Position numbers and translations under genes: made by a program. The notes under the pieces are model-generated. The model was given only the letters and a program-made list of their open reading frames with translations. It made no database searches and had not been told where the DNA came from. Positions 1 through 8,164 of a DNA stretch of 64,000 bases are shown one piece after another. This DNA is from an uncultured Bacillota bacterium (GTDB lineage: Bacteria > Bacillota_I > Bacilli_A > RFN20 > CAG-288), in the NCBI GenBank assembly GCA_949290645.1, contig CASESG010000005.1, positions 19,767 to 83,766 on the forward strand. Reading direction: 5' to 3'. Position 1 is the stretch's first letter. The number at the start of each line of letters is the position of its first letter.

Positions 1-2
1 AT

Positions 3-1361
3 AATGAAAAAGACGAACAAGACGATGTTCGAAATCCGAATCTTGAAAGCCATGTCAAGCCCATTTTCTTCGATACCATCTTGAAGAAGAAATACAAGGT
101 CTTTTCAAATGACGGCTTCTATCAAAAAACGGAAGTCGGTTCCATCGAGGATGCCTTTGGAAACACAAGGGAGATGAATCTCTATTCCTCCGTCGACCTC
201 CAAGACGCCTATGAAGACAAGAGCCAAGGAAAGACCCTTTCCATCTCTGGCATCCTTCGTCCGAGGAAGGAGACGACCTATGGTCTTCTTTCTCCCTCCC
301 TGTGCTTCCTTCCCGAGCTTCAGAAAGAGCTGGTACAGTCCAACAAGGACAGCTCCTTTGCCAAGGAATTGATGGGACATGTCGTCTTTGCTCCGAAAGG
401 AAACACGGCGGATTTCACGGATTTCGTGCAGAAGCTTCAATCCATCGTCGAAAACTATGAGAGCTCTCTCGAGTCGGAGACGACCGTCTTTCCGACGGAA
501 GACCTCCGCTCCCTCCTAGATCAGTCCTTCGCCTACTTCGATTACAAGAGCGGAACAGCCTACACTCTCTCTTCCTTTGTCTACCAGGCGAAGATTCTTG
601 GAATCGACCTTCTTCCGGAATCGATGCGCGGTCTTTCCCTTTCCGACACGGACGAGATTGAAAACATCGTCAAGCAGATCGCCTCGGCCCTGGAAAAGGG
701 AGACACAACGGAGTTCTACTCGTACTCCATCGGCCTTTCAGCCTATGTCAACGCCTACTCTCTCATCGATACGGTCACGATCCTTCCGAAGAGCCTTTCC
801 TTGAGGGACGAACTGCTCCTTCGTCTGGATTCCTTCAACGAAATCCAGCCCAATTCCTCCCTTCATGCTTCCAGCAATCGCGAGCAGGTCTTCTACTCGG
901 ATCTCAACCGGAGCGCGATGCTTTCCGATGTCGGGGATGTCATCGACATGGTCTCCCTGATCTTGATCATCTTCTCTGTCATCTCCTTGCTTGTCTCCTG
1001 CACCATGACCGCCATCCTGACGATGAACAGCGTCCTGGAAAGGAAGAAGGAAATCGGCCTTCTTCGTTCCTTGGGAGCACGGAAGAAAGACATCCTTTCG
1101 CTGTTCGAGCTGGAGACCCTGCTCACGGGTGTCTTCGTCGGTGTCTTCGGAGCCCTTGCGACCTATGCCCTGGCCTTTCCGATCAACCTTCTCATCGAAT
1201 CGTCCTTCCCTTCCTTCCAAACGGGCGAGATGGCGCAATTCACCTTCCCGCACGCCTTGATCCTGCTTCTGATCGCGCTTGTCATCAGCTTCCTTTCCGC
1301 CCTCTTCCCTTCCTTGAAGGCAGCCCGGCAAGATCCCGTCGACTGCCTCAAGAGCGAGTGA
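3..1361 (+). CDS. C-terminal part (5'-truncated at window edge) of a giant MacB-type ABC transporter; includes the large extracytoplasmic domain and the FtsX permease domain
   Basis: Frame 3 is open from the first base of the window, and the listed start at 81 is a TTG. The C-terminus has the FtsX-type topology with the motif EIGLLRSLGARKKDI. It is paralogous to the complete 13601..16705 protein; both end with DPV.CL.SE. Confidence 0.8.
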   Translation, partial: NEKDEQDDVRNPNLESHVKPIFFDTILKKKYKVFSNDGFYQKTEVGSIEDAFGNTREMNLYSSVDLQDAYEDKSQGKTLSISGILRPRKETTYGLLSPSLCFLPELQKELVQSNKDSSFAKELMGHVVFAPKGNTADFTDFVQKLQSIVENYESSLESETTVFPTEDLRSLLDQSFAYFDYKSGTAYTLSSFVYQAKILGIDLLPESMRGLSLSDTDEIENIVKQIASALEKGDTTEFYSYSIGLSAYVNAYSLIDTVTILPKSLSLRDELLLRLDSFNEIQPNSSLHASSNREQVFYSDLNRSAMLSDVGDVIDMVSLILIIFSVISLLVSCTMTAILTMNSVLERKKEIGLLRSLGARKKDILSLFELETLLTGVFVGVFGALATYALAFPINLLIESSFPSFQTGEMAQFTFPHALILLLIALVISFLSALFPSLKAARQDPVDCLKSE

Positions 1362-1417
1362 GGAAGTAAGAAGAAGCGATTTCATCAGCCTAAATTGCTA
1401 AAAATTTGATGCATTTA

Positions 1418-1446
1418 TTGACAAAAAGCAGTCATCTTTTATAATT
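1418..1446 (+). promoter_or_regulatory. Sigma70-type promoter: -35 TTGACA at 1418..1423, 16-17 bp spacer, -10 TATAAT/ATAATT at 1440..1446; followed by RBS AAAAGGAGG
   Basis: Direct read of the consensus hexamers 25-50 bp upstream of the ATG at 1471. The region is AT-rich. Confidence 0.5.
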
Positions 1447-1470
1447 AAAATTAAAAAGGAGGAAGAAACT

Positions 1471-2421
1471 ATGAAATTATGTGTTTTTGTTCTCCCTTCT
1501 CTAGTTTTTGGTTTAACCCCATCTACCGAATCCCCGGTCACTCTTCGAATGAAGTTCGATTCCCTCTCCAATGTTTTTTCGTCTTGGCAAGGCGGAGACT
1601 ACTTTAGATCCCCAGTAACACTCAATGGAGAAACGATTTACCTTGTCACAAACAACAATGAGAATGTAGGTTTCTTTTCAATTGATCACAACGACAAAAT
1701 TACGATTGCTCACGAAGGAGAAATTACTAACAAGAATCAAATTCTTCAATGGTATACAGGTAGTACATATGATGATACCATTCTCACCAAAACTACAAAT
1801 GCGGTATCGAATATCGAACATTACCTGTTACCTATCGTTCCCGACAGCCTTTATGTCACAAGTTCGGATAGTTTTGTCTCCATGCAAAAGATTGAAGGCA
1901 CACCACATTATTACAATGAACCCTATGGGGTTGTAGAAAACGGCTGTGCACCGACCAGCGCCGCAATGCTCCTGTCCTTCTATGATCGTTACACAAGTAT
2001 GACAAATTTAATTGATGGCGTTTTGCCACTTGACCACAGCGAAAACAAGACTTTAGTCGATCAATATATCGTAGAGTTGGCTGAGTTGATGAACACAGAT
2101 TCAATTCGAGGAACGTCCTTGGCTGAATTGACTCTCGCCTTGGATGATGTGTTCGATTCTAAAAATTACAATTTTGGTGGAATTTTGTCTTATTCATATT
2201 ATTCCAAGTGTATTAATACGTATCATAATCCTGCCCTTGTAACATTGATGGTTTCTTCTGAAATGACTGGAGGGTTGATGCACACAACTTTAGGAATCGG
2301 AACGGAAAATGTTCGCTATGTTGGAAATATGATTGTCGCTCGTTCTGGAGATTACGAAAGCCCTTCGGATACTTATATTACTACAGATCGTTTTCATAGT
2401 GTGATTTACGTCGCTCGATAA
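1471..2421 (+). CDS. Secreted C39-like cysteine peptidase family protein (Peptidase_C39_2-like) on a low-GC single-gene insertion
   Basis: N-terminal signal peptide. Motif NGCAPTSAAMLLSFYD matches the catalytic Cys region of C39-like peptidases. Strong RBS. GC is about 38% against about 58% for the flanks. Confidence 0.6.
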   Translation: MKLCVFVLPSLVFGLTPSTESPVTLRMKFDSLSNVFSSWQGGDYFRSPVTLNGETIYLVTNNNENVGFFSIDHNDKITIAHEGEITNKNQILQWYTGSTYDDTILTKTTNAVSNIEHYLLPIVPDSLYVTSSDSFVSMQKIEGTPHYYNEPYGVVENGCAPTSAAMLLSFYDRYTSMTNLIDGVLPLDHSENKTLVDQYIVELAELMNTDSIRGTSLAELTLALDDVFDSKNYNFGGILSYSYYSKCINTYHNPALVTLMVSSEMTGGLMHTTLGIGTENVRYVGNMIVARSGDYESPSDTYITTDRFHSVIYVAR

Positions 2422-2448
2422 TAAGATACATACAAAGGAGGAAACAAG

Positions 2449-2958
2449 ATGAAAAAGAATTTGCTGATCCTTCCTCTCCTCCTTCTGACGTCCTGCGCAG
2501 AAAATGGTGACGGGAAGACGGAGTTCGATCAGGTCCAGGTCGTCTACCATCAGGACTCCGATCGCGAAGACTACACCTACATGGCCTACTCCGCCCAAGC
2601 GGGCGACTACCTGGAAAGTCGTACCCTCAATGGTCTTTATCCCCGGCTTGCGGAAGACGTGCTCATCGACCTCGGCTACGAAAGGGAAGAAGGCGAATGG
2701 ACCGGATCGGTTCCCGTCGGCCGCTACACGCTCCTTCTGGAAGGGGAGAGAAGCCTCTGCTCCATTCTCCTTCCGCCCCTGGACTTCGCTGCGGATGTCC
2801 CGGCTCCCATCTTCTTTTCCGTGGAATATCAGGGGGAAGAAAAACATTATCTCTACGAGGACATCGATCCCGAGACGCGAACTCTTCTTTCGAGCCTAGA
2901 AAGCTCGTTGAAGGCATGCGTTCAGGACCCCTTTGCCACGTTGACCTACTACCGCTAG
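2449..2958 (+). CDS. Lipoprotein, function unknown
   Basis: MKKNLLILPLLLLTSC lipobox. RBS AAAGGAGG. GC is typical of the host. Confidence 0.6.
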   Translation: MKKNLLILPLLLLTSCAENGDGKTEFDQVQVVYHQDSDREDYTYMAYSAQAGDYLESRTLNGLYPRLAEDVLIDLGYEREEGEWTGSVPVGRYTLLLEGERSLCSILLPPLDFAADVPAPIFFSVEYQGEEKHYLYEDIDPETRTLLSSLESSLKACVQDPFATLTYYR

Positions 2959-3053
2959 AAAGTTCCTCTCTTGTATCTCCTTTTCTTTCGATCCTATAAT
3001 ATCTCTTGGTCGTTTTTGATATGCTTCACTGAGAAAGAAAAGAGGTAAAAACT

Positions 3054-3773
3054 ATGGGAAGAGCACACGAAGTCCGCGCCGCCAAGATCGCCAAGACGAA
3101 CGCCGCCAAGTCGGCGCTCTACAATCGTGCCAGTAAGGAAATCTACATGGCCGCCAAGTCGGGTGTGCCCGATCCCAACGACAATCTTGCCCTCCGCTCC
3201 GCCATCGAAAAGTGGAAGGCCCAGCACGTCACGCGCGACGTCATCGACCGCGCCATCAAGAAGGCCCAATCCAAGGACTCCGCGGCCTACGTTTCCGGAC
3301 GCTACGAAGGCTTCGGCCCGGGCGGAGTCGCTGTCGTCGTCGACACGCTGACGGACAACGAGAAGAGAGCCTTCTCCGCCGTCCGCGCCGCCTTCAGCCA
3401 TCACGGTGGAAACATCGGAAACTCCGGTTGCGCCTCCTTCAACTTCACCCGCCTTGGCGTCATCGACTTCGAGACGGACAAGACCGTCGAGGAGGTCGAG
3501 GAGGACTTGATCCTCAACGACATCGACGTCCAGAACGTCACCAAGGACGAGAACCTGGTCGAAGTCCAGGTCACTCCCGAGAGTTTCGAGAAGGCCAAGG
3601 AGCAGATCACGAAGGACTTCGGCGTCAGCGAATTCTCCGAGGCTTCCGTCACCCTCGTACCCCAAAGCCTGGTCACGGTCTCGGACGAGGACAAAGCCAC
3701 CATCGAGAATCTTCTGGATTCCCTCGATGAGATCGAAGATGTCCAGGATGTCTTCCACAACGCCGACCTGTAA
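3054..3773 (+). CDS. yebC: YebC/PmpR-family DNA-binding regulator
   Basis: Full-length similarity to the YebC family by pattern (N-terminal MGRAHEVRAAK...); 239 aa. Confidence 0.9.
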   Translation: MGRAHEVRAAKIAKTNAAKSALYNRASKEIYMAAKSGVPDPNDNLALRSAIEKWKAQHVTRDVIDRAIKKAQSKDSAAYVSGRYEGFGPGGVAVVVDTLTDNEKRAFSAVRAAFSHHGGNIGNSGCASFNFTRLGVIDFETDKTVEEVEEDLILNDIDVQNVTKDENLVEVQVTPESFEKAKEQITKDFGVSEFSEASVTLVPQSLVTVSDEDKATIENLLDSLDEIEDVQDVFHNADL

Positions 3774-3776
3774 GAG

Positions 3777-4184
3777 ATGATGAACGTCTGGACCTGGCTC
3801 AAGGACCGATTCCGGAAGATTGACAGAGACGAGTGGATCGTCCTTTGCGGAATCCTTGTCGTCTTCGCCCTTCTCCTCTATTTTTCCATCGGCATGAGCA
3901 TCAGCGTCTCCAAGGGATGGACGCTCTTTGGTGAGGCTTCCGCTCCGAGCGACGAGATGGAAATCGAAGGTCCGACAAGCTGGGACCTCATGATTCTCTC
4001 GCTCTTCTGGATCCTGACGGCATTGATCCTCGCCCTCTTCGTCTATCGCCTCTTCTTCCGCAAGATCGAGAAGAAGAAGGTCGTCCACAAGGTCATCGTC
4101 CACGGACAGACCGTCGTGTCCAAGGAAAAAGACGAGGAAGATGAACAAGGAAGAACTGGAGAACAGCATTCAGAAGATCGCTGA
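3777..4184 (+). CDS. Small membrane protein (two TM helices), function unknown
   Basis: ORF with two hydrophobic helices and a basic/acidic tail. It follows yebC with a 3-bp gap. Confidence 0.45.
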   Translation: MMNVWTWLKDRFRKIDRDEWIVLCGILVVFALLLYFSIGMSISVSKGWTLFGEASAPSDEMEIEGPTSWDLMILSLFWILTALILALFVYRLFFRKIEKKKVVHKVIVHGQTVVSKEKDEEDEQGRTGEQHSEDR

Positions 4185-4533
4185 ATGCGACTTCATCCGC
4201 TATGAGAAGGACGGCGAGAAAGTCGTCCTTTTTCTCGTCGGCGATGAAGACCACGAGCATCACGAAAACGAAGAAGAGGAAGAAGGATGCTGCTGCGCTG
4301 GCCTCAACGGACATCTCTTCCGCATTGAATTCTCGGATGTAAAGGACTTTTCCGCCAAAGGGGAAGAGGCGGATTCCTACGTTTATGACAAGACAAAACT
4401 GACTTCCTCTTCCGTTTTTCTTACCCTGAAAGGACACTCCTTCTTTGGCAATAACAGCACGTTGACTCTCTCCTTTTCCTATTCTTCCTATCAAGTCATC
4501 GACCTCGGAGAGATCGAAAGTCCCGAGATTTGA
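4141..4533 (+). CDS. Hypothetical acidic His/Cys-rich protein
   Basis: ORF with a GAGGAAG Shine-Dalgarno 4 nt upstream. It overlaps the preceding ORF by 44 nt. Contains HEHHENEEEEEGCCCAG. Confidence 0.3.
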   Translation: MNKEELENSIQKIAECDFIRYEKDGEKVVLFLVGDEDHEHHENEEEEEGCCCAGLNGHLFRIEFSDVKDFSAKGEEADSYVYDKTKLTSSSVFLTLKGHSFFGNNSTLTLSFSYSSYQVIDLGEIESPEI

Positions 4534-4540
4534 GGCTCTC

Positions 4541-4595
4541 GACTTTGAAGTGACTTTGAAGTGACTTTGAAGTGACTTTGAAGTGACTTTGAAGT
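4541..4595. repeat. Five perfect tandem copies of the 11-bp unit GACTTTGAAGT
   Basis: Direct read; unit length is about one helical turn. It sits immediately upstream of, and overlaps, the -10 box of the downstream gene. Confidence 0.95.
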
Positions 4596-4600
4596 ATAAT
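4578..4600 (+). promoter_or_regulatory. -10 TATAAT (4595..4600) with TTGAAG -35-like hexamers supplied by the tandem repeat; RBS AGGAG at 4615..4619
   Basis: TATAAT lies 26 bp upstream of the ATG at 4626. The repeat units each contain TTGAAG. Confidence 0.45.
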
Positions 4601-4625
4601 GTTTTCGAAAGAACAGGAGCCTATC

Positions 4626-6062
4626 ATGAGATTGGAAGAACTTGTCGGTCAAATCGGCTTTGAAAATGAAGCTCAAGAGTTCAAACGGAAACTCGATCGA
4701 GAAAATTATATCGGCTGGTTGAAGACGGTCTCCGGTTTTGCAAATGCGCATGGTGGGATTTTATACGTCGGCATGGATGATGAAGAAAAGACACTGATTG
4801 GATTTTCTGAAAGGGAAGCCGATGCCGAAAGAAATTATTTCAATCAGATTGTCACGGAGCACATCTCCCCGCTGCCACAATATGAAATTGATTTCGTCCC
4901 TTACACAATTCGGCAGAAAATGCGCTACATCCTTAAAATCAGCATCCTAGAAAGCGAGAGCAAACCGCTCTACGTCAAGCAGAAAGGTCTATACAACGCT
5001 TATATAAGAAAGCAAGGGTTCACAACTGGTTGCACTCCGACAGAAATCTATGACATGGTCATCCATTCGAGGCGCATGGAATACGACATCCTCCCTACAA
5101 AGACACTTTTCAATCCGAAAGAATTCTCGAGACTCTACTCTACTTACAAAAAGCAAACAGGAAAACAACTGACGGAAAAGATGCTGCAATCCATCGGTTT
5201 TTTTGATCAGCATCACTTCTTGAAACAAGGAGCACTGTTCTTCAAAGATGATTATTCCGGTGAAAAGACAGCCGTTGACATGAACATTTTTCAAGGAACT
5301 ACCAAAGGAGCAAATCGCATTCTTGCTTTGAACAAATTCCGTGGGAATATCCTTGACGGAATTGAAACCGCAATGCAATTCATAGGCAAAAACACGAACA
5401 ACGGAATCATAAAAACGCAGAATGGCCGAATCGATATCTTGGGTTTTCCTGTGCGTTCTGCCTTCGAAGGCGTGGTCAACGCCTTCGCCCATCGCGACTA
5501 TTACCTCGATAACACACAGATCGATATCGACATTTTCCGCGATCGGCTGGAAATAACTTCTCCCGGTTCCTTTCAAGGTGGCGAAATCAATACCAAAGAA
5601 TATGACTTGTCACACATTATCTCCGTGCGAAGAAACGCTTTGATTTGCGATGTGCTAGTACGATTGAAATATATGGAAGCATCTGGGACTGGATTTGACA
5701 AAATTGCCGAAGACTACCGCAATGCCGATCACGGCCATAAGCCCTACATATACAGCAGTGATCTTCAATTTTCACTGATTCTTCCGGATTTGACACACTC
5801 CGAAGGCGTTCAGGCCAATTCGATCGATTTCAATTGTCTGTCCGAGACAGAAAAGAGAGACGAAATCCTCGTCAAGATTTTGCGCTTTTGCCTGCCAGAA
5901 AAGAAAACAGTCGGCGAAATCTGCTCGATGCTTGGCATCAGCAATTCATCCTATTTCAGAAAAAAACGACTTATCCCGATGGTAGAGAAAGGGTACTTGG
6001 AAGAAAGTAAGGAAAGGAACCGGAAGGTCTACAAGACAAACAAAGACACCATCTCCATCTGA
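4626..6062 (+). CDS. AlbA_2 (Schlafen-like) domain + RecG-C-terminal-like HATPase_c_4 + C-terminal wHTH protein (putative ATP-binding regulator)
   Basis: EFK...GFANAHGGILYVGMDD AlbA_2 signature, DRLEITSPGS HATPase_c_4 signature, C-terminal HTH. Start moved to the second Met, which has an AGGAG RBS. GC is about 43%. Confidence 0.7.
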   Translation: MRLEELVGQIGFENEAQEFKRKLDRENYIGWLKTVSGFANAHGGILYVGMDDEEKTLIGFSEREADAERNYFNQIVTEHISPLPQYEIDFVPYTIRQKMRYILKISILESESKPLYVKQKGLYNAYIRKQGFTTGCTPTEIYDMVIHSRRMEYDILPTKTLFNPKEFSRLYSTYKKQTGKQLTEKMLQSIGFFDQHHFLKQGALFFKDDYSGEKTAVDMNIFQGTTKGANRILALNKFRGNILDGIETAMQFIGKNTNNGIIKTQNGRIDILGFPVRSAFEGVVNAFAHRDYYLDNTQIDIDIFRDRLEITSPGSFQGGEINTKEYDLSHIISVRRNALICDVLVRLKYMEASGTGFDKIAEDYRNADHGHKPYIYSSDLQFSLILPDLTHSEGVQANSIDFNCLSETEKRDEILVKILRFCLPEKKTVGEICSMLGISNSSYFRKKRLIPMVEKGYLEESKERNRKVYKTNKDTISI

Positions 6063-6227
6063 CAAGCTCTCGAAATCAATACGTTTCCGTTCGCTCGGCA
6101 TCCAATCCTTCTTTTCTTGTGCCCGGACTTCGCATCTTGATGCCTAGTGTTCTTTCCCAACAATTGAAATAGGATGCTTTTCTCTTGTGCTCCTTTTATA
6201 ATATGGAAAAGCAAAAAGGAGAAAAAC

Positions 6228-6838
6228 ATGAAATCCAGAATGAAAATTCTCACCGAAGCGTTGCTGTCCTTTTCCCTGCTCGGACTGAGCTCCTGCAACC
6301 GGCCGATCGAAATCGGATTCTCCCACGAAATCGTGCTGCTGAGCATCATGGTCGCGGCCCGGATCAGCGACAAGGTCCAGAGCCTGGACAGGGACCTGAC
6401 CATCGAGCTGGCCTACGGGCATCCCAAGTCTACAACGACCCCTTTTGGACTGAGGAATCACACTCCCGGACCCGTCTGCATCTACGTCGACAACCATTTC
6501 AAGGACGACGACCACGAGGCCGACCCCCTGGACTACAGGATGATGGAGCCGGGATGGACCTAAGTCAAGGAAATCGAGAGCGACCTCTTCTGGACGGACG
6601 AGTACGCCTTCGAGAGCACGCTCTTCAAGGGAAAGACCTTCAACCACGTCGAGGAGTTCAAGATCGACAGGGAACTCGTCGTCTCAAAGAAAAACGCCGG
6701 AGACCTGTCGGGAAACATCACCATCTTCGTCGCCATGGTGTGGCAGGACACTTCCGACAAAACCTGGCGCACTTCCATTCCTGGTAGCGTGTCCATAGGA
6801 TACGATGTCCGAGACGACAACACCGTCGATTTCCGATG
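6228..6838 (+). pseudogene. Lipoprotein gene interrupted by an in-frame TAA at 6561..6563; the same frame continues with coding-like sequence to 6838
   Basis: MKSRMKILTEALLSFSLLGLSSC lipobox with AAAAAGGAG RBS. Both halves show strong GC3 bias in one frame. Confidence 0.55.
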
Positions 6839-6900
6839 ACGAGACCGATGAACCCATAAGAAAAGGCCGCCCAAGACTATCTCGTGCGGCCTTTTTGATG

Positions 6901-7596
6901 TTACGGACGATACTTGTACCAGTGGACCTTGTCCTGGCTGACTTCGATGATTCTCGTCTTCGGGAAGACCTTTTCGCAGGGGACGGGGCCATCGAGCCAG
7001 TTGATTCCGATCTCGTCCTTCATGACGCGCAGGACTCGGAACTCCCGGATGCCAAGGCCGTGGGCGGAGCAGTCGAAGCGGACGAAGTTTCCGATCGTGA
7101 CGCCGAACTTGACGACCGTGACGATTCCCATCGGGATCGGGGTGAAGACCGAATCGAGTAGCTTGTTTCTTCCGCGATGCTCGAGCTTTTCCAGAAGGAA
7201 GGCAAAGCCCATGACTTTCGCTCCCATGTCCTCGATCAGGGAGTACATGGAGAAGTAGATGGAACCTCCGCAGAGGGCCGAGCCGACGACAAGGACGCCT
7301 TCGCCGGGCTGGAAGTATTCGCCCGAAGTGACAAAGCCGTCATAGGGGTTGAGGACACAGACGCCAAGGCCGAGGGTGTAGGCAAGGGCCGAGGCGAAGG
7401 TCGTGTCTTGGCTGGGGCAGACGATCTTCTTGATGGAAGGATCGAGGGGGCCGAGCTTTTCGACCATGGCATCGACGGCGGCCTTGAAGGCCTTCGGATC
7501 AGAGAGGAGGGGAGTGATGTCCTTGTAGGGATCGCCGGGCTTGGAGATGATGTACTTGTCAAAGATCTCGTCGTAGTTCTTCTTCTCTTCAGGCAT
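6901..7596 (-). CDS. Adenine phosphoribosyltransferase-like protein with a degenerate PRPP-binding loop and a roughly 70-aa C-terminal extension
   Basis: YKDITPLLSDPKAFKAAVDAM matches the APRT N-terminal region. The expected VLVVDDLLATGGT motif reads VLVVGSALCGGSI. Confidence 0.5.
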   Translation of the reverse strand: MPEEKKNYDEIFDKYIISKPGDPYKDITPLLSDPKAFKAAVDAMVEKLGPLDPSIKKIVCPSQDTTFASALAYTLGLGVCVLNPYDGFVTSGEYFQPGEGVLVVGSALCGGSIYFSMYSLIEDMGAKVMGFAFLLEKLEHRGRNKLLDSVFTPIPMGIVTVVKFGVTIGNFVRFDCSAHGLGIREFRVLRVMKDEIGINWLDGPVPCEKVFPKTRIIEVSQDKVHWYKYRP

Positions 7597-8164
7597 TGTC
7601 CTTGTTCTCCTTTTTCTTTTCGTGATGTTTCTCCGTCACATCCTTGCGGATGGCGGTCAAAGCCTCGTAGACTTCCTTGTCGCTGGCATCGGGATGGTCC
7701 TTGACGTAGCGGTCGAACTCCCCGATGATGTCGCCCATGTAGGGCTCCTCATACTCTTCTTCCTCGGTCCATTCCCCTTCTTCCTCCGAATCGGAATGGT
7801 CGACCTTGACGACGTTCTTGTCGTTCATGTACTTGGGATAATCGGCATCGAAGAGGACGTGCTCATGCTCCGGATCGAAGTACTCGAAGTAGACGCGGAG
7901 ATGGACGGCCATGTCCTTGAACCGATCCTTGAGGAAGCTGAGGACCGTCTCTTCCTTGTCCTGCATCTCGTAGGGAGCCTCGATCTTGAGGTTGAGATGG
8001 AAGAACGTCTGCTCCATGCCACCGTGGATGATGAAGGACTCGGGGGCGAAGAACTCCACCTCGTCCTTGTCCACATCGTAGATCTTGGCCAGCTCGTTCT
8101 GGAGGGCCTTGGACTTGTCGATGGCCATGTAACGATCTGTGCCTAAGAGAGAAACAATGATCAT
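7589..8164 (-). CDS. Hypothetical acidic cytoplasmic protein
   Basis: ORF with consistent codon usage, overlapping neighbours in an operon-like way; no recognised domain. Confidence 0.5.
   Translation of the reverse strand: MIIVSLLGTDRYMAIDKSKALQNELAKIYDVDKDEVEFFAPESFIIHGGMEQTFFHLNLKIEAPYEMQDKEETVLSFLKDRFKDMAVHLRVYFEYFDPEHEHVLFDADYPKYMNDKNVVKVDHSDSEEEGEWTEEEEYEEPYMGDIIGEFDRYVKDHPDASDKEVYEALTAIRKDVTEKHHEKKKENKDNA

Noticed and set aside
4541-4595. Possible CRISPR array
   Set aside because: 11-bp units repeated head-to-tail without spacers, so this is a simple tandem repeat and not a repeat-spacer structure. No cas genes are nearby.
6185-6787. 200-aa ORF in an alternative frame over the lipoprotein pseudogene
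   Set aside because: Arg/Pro/Gly-rich shadow frame with no RBS. The lipoprotein frame has the lipobox, an RBS and GC3 bias.
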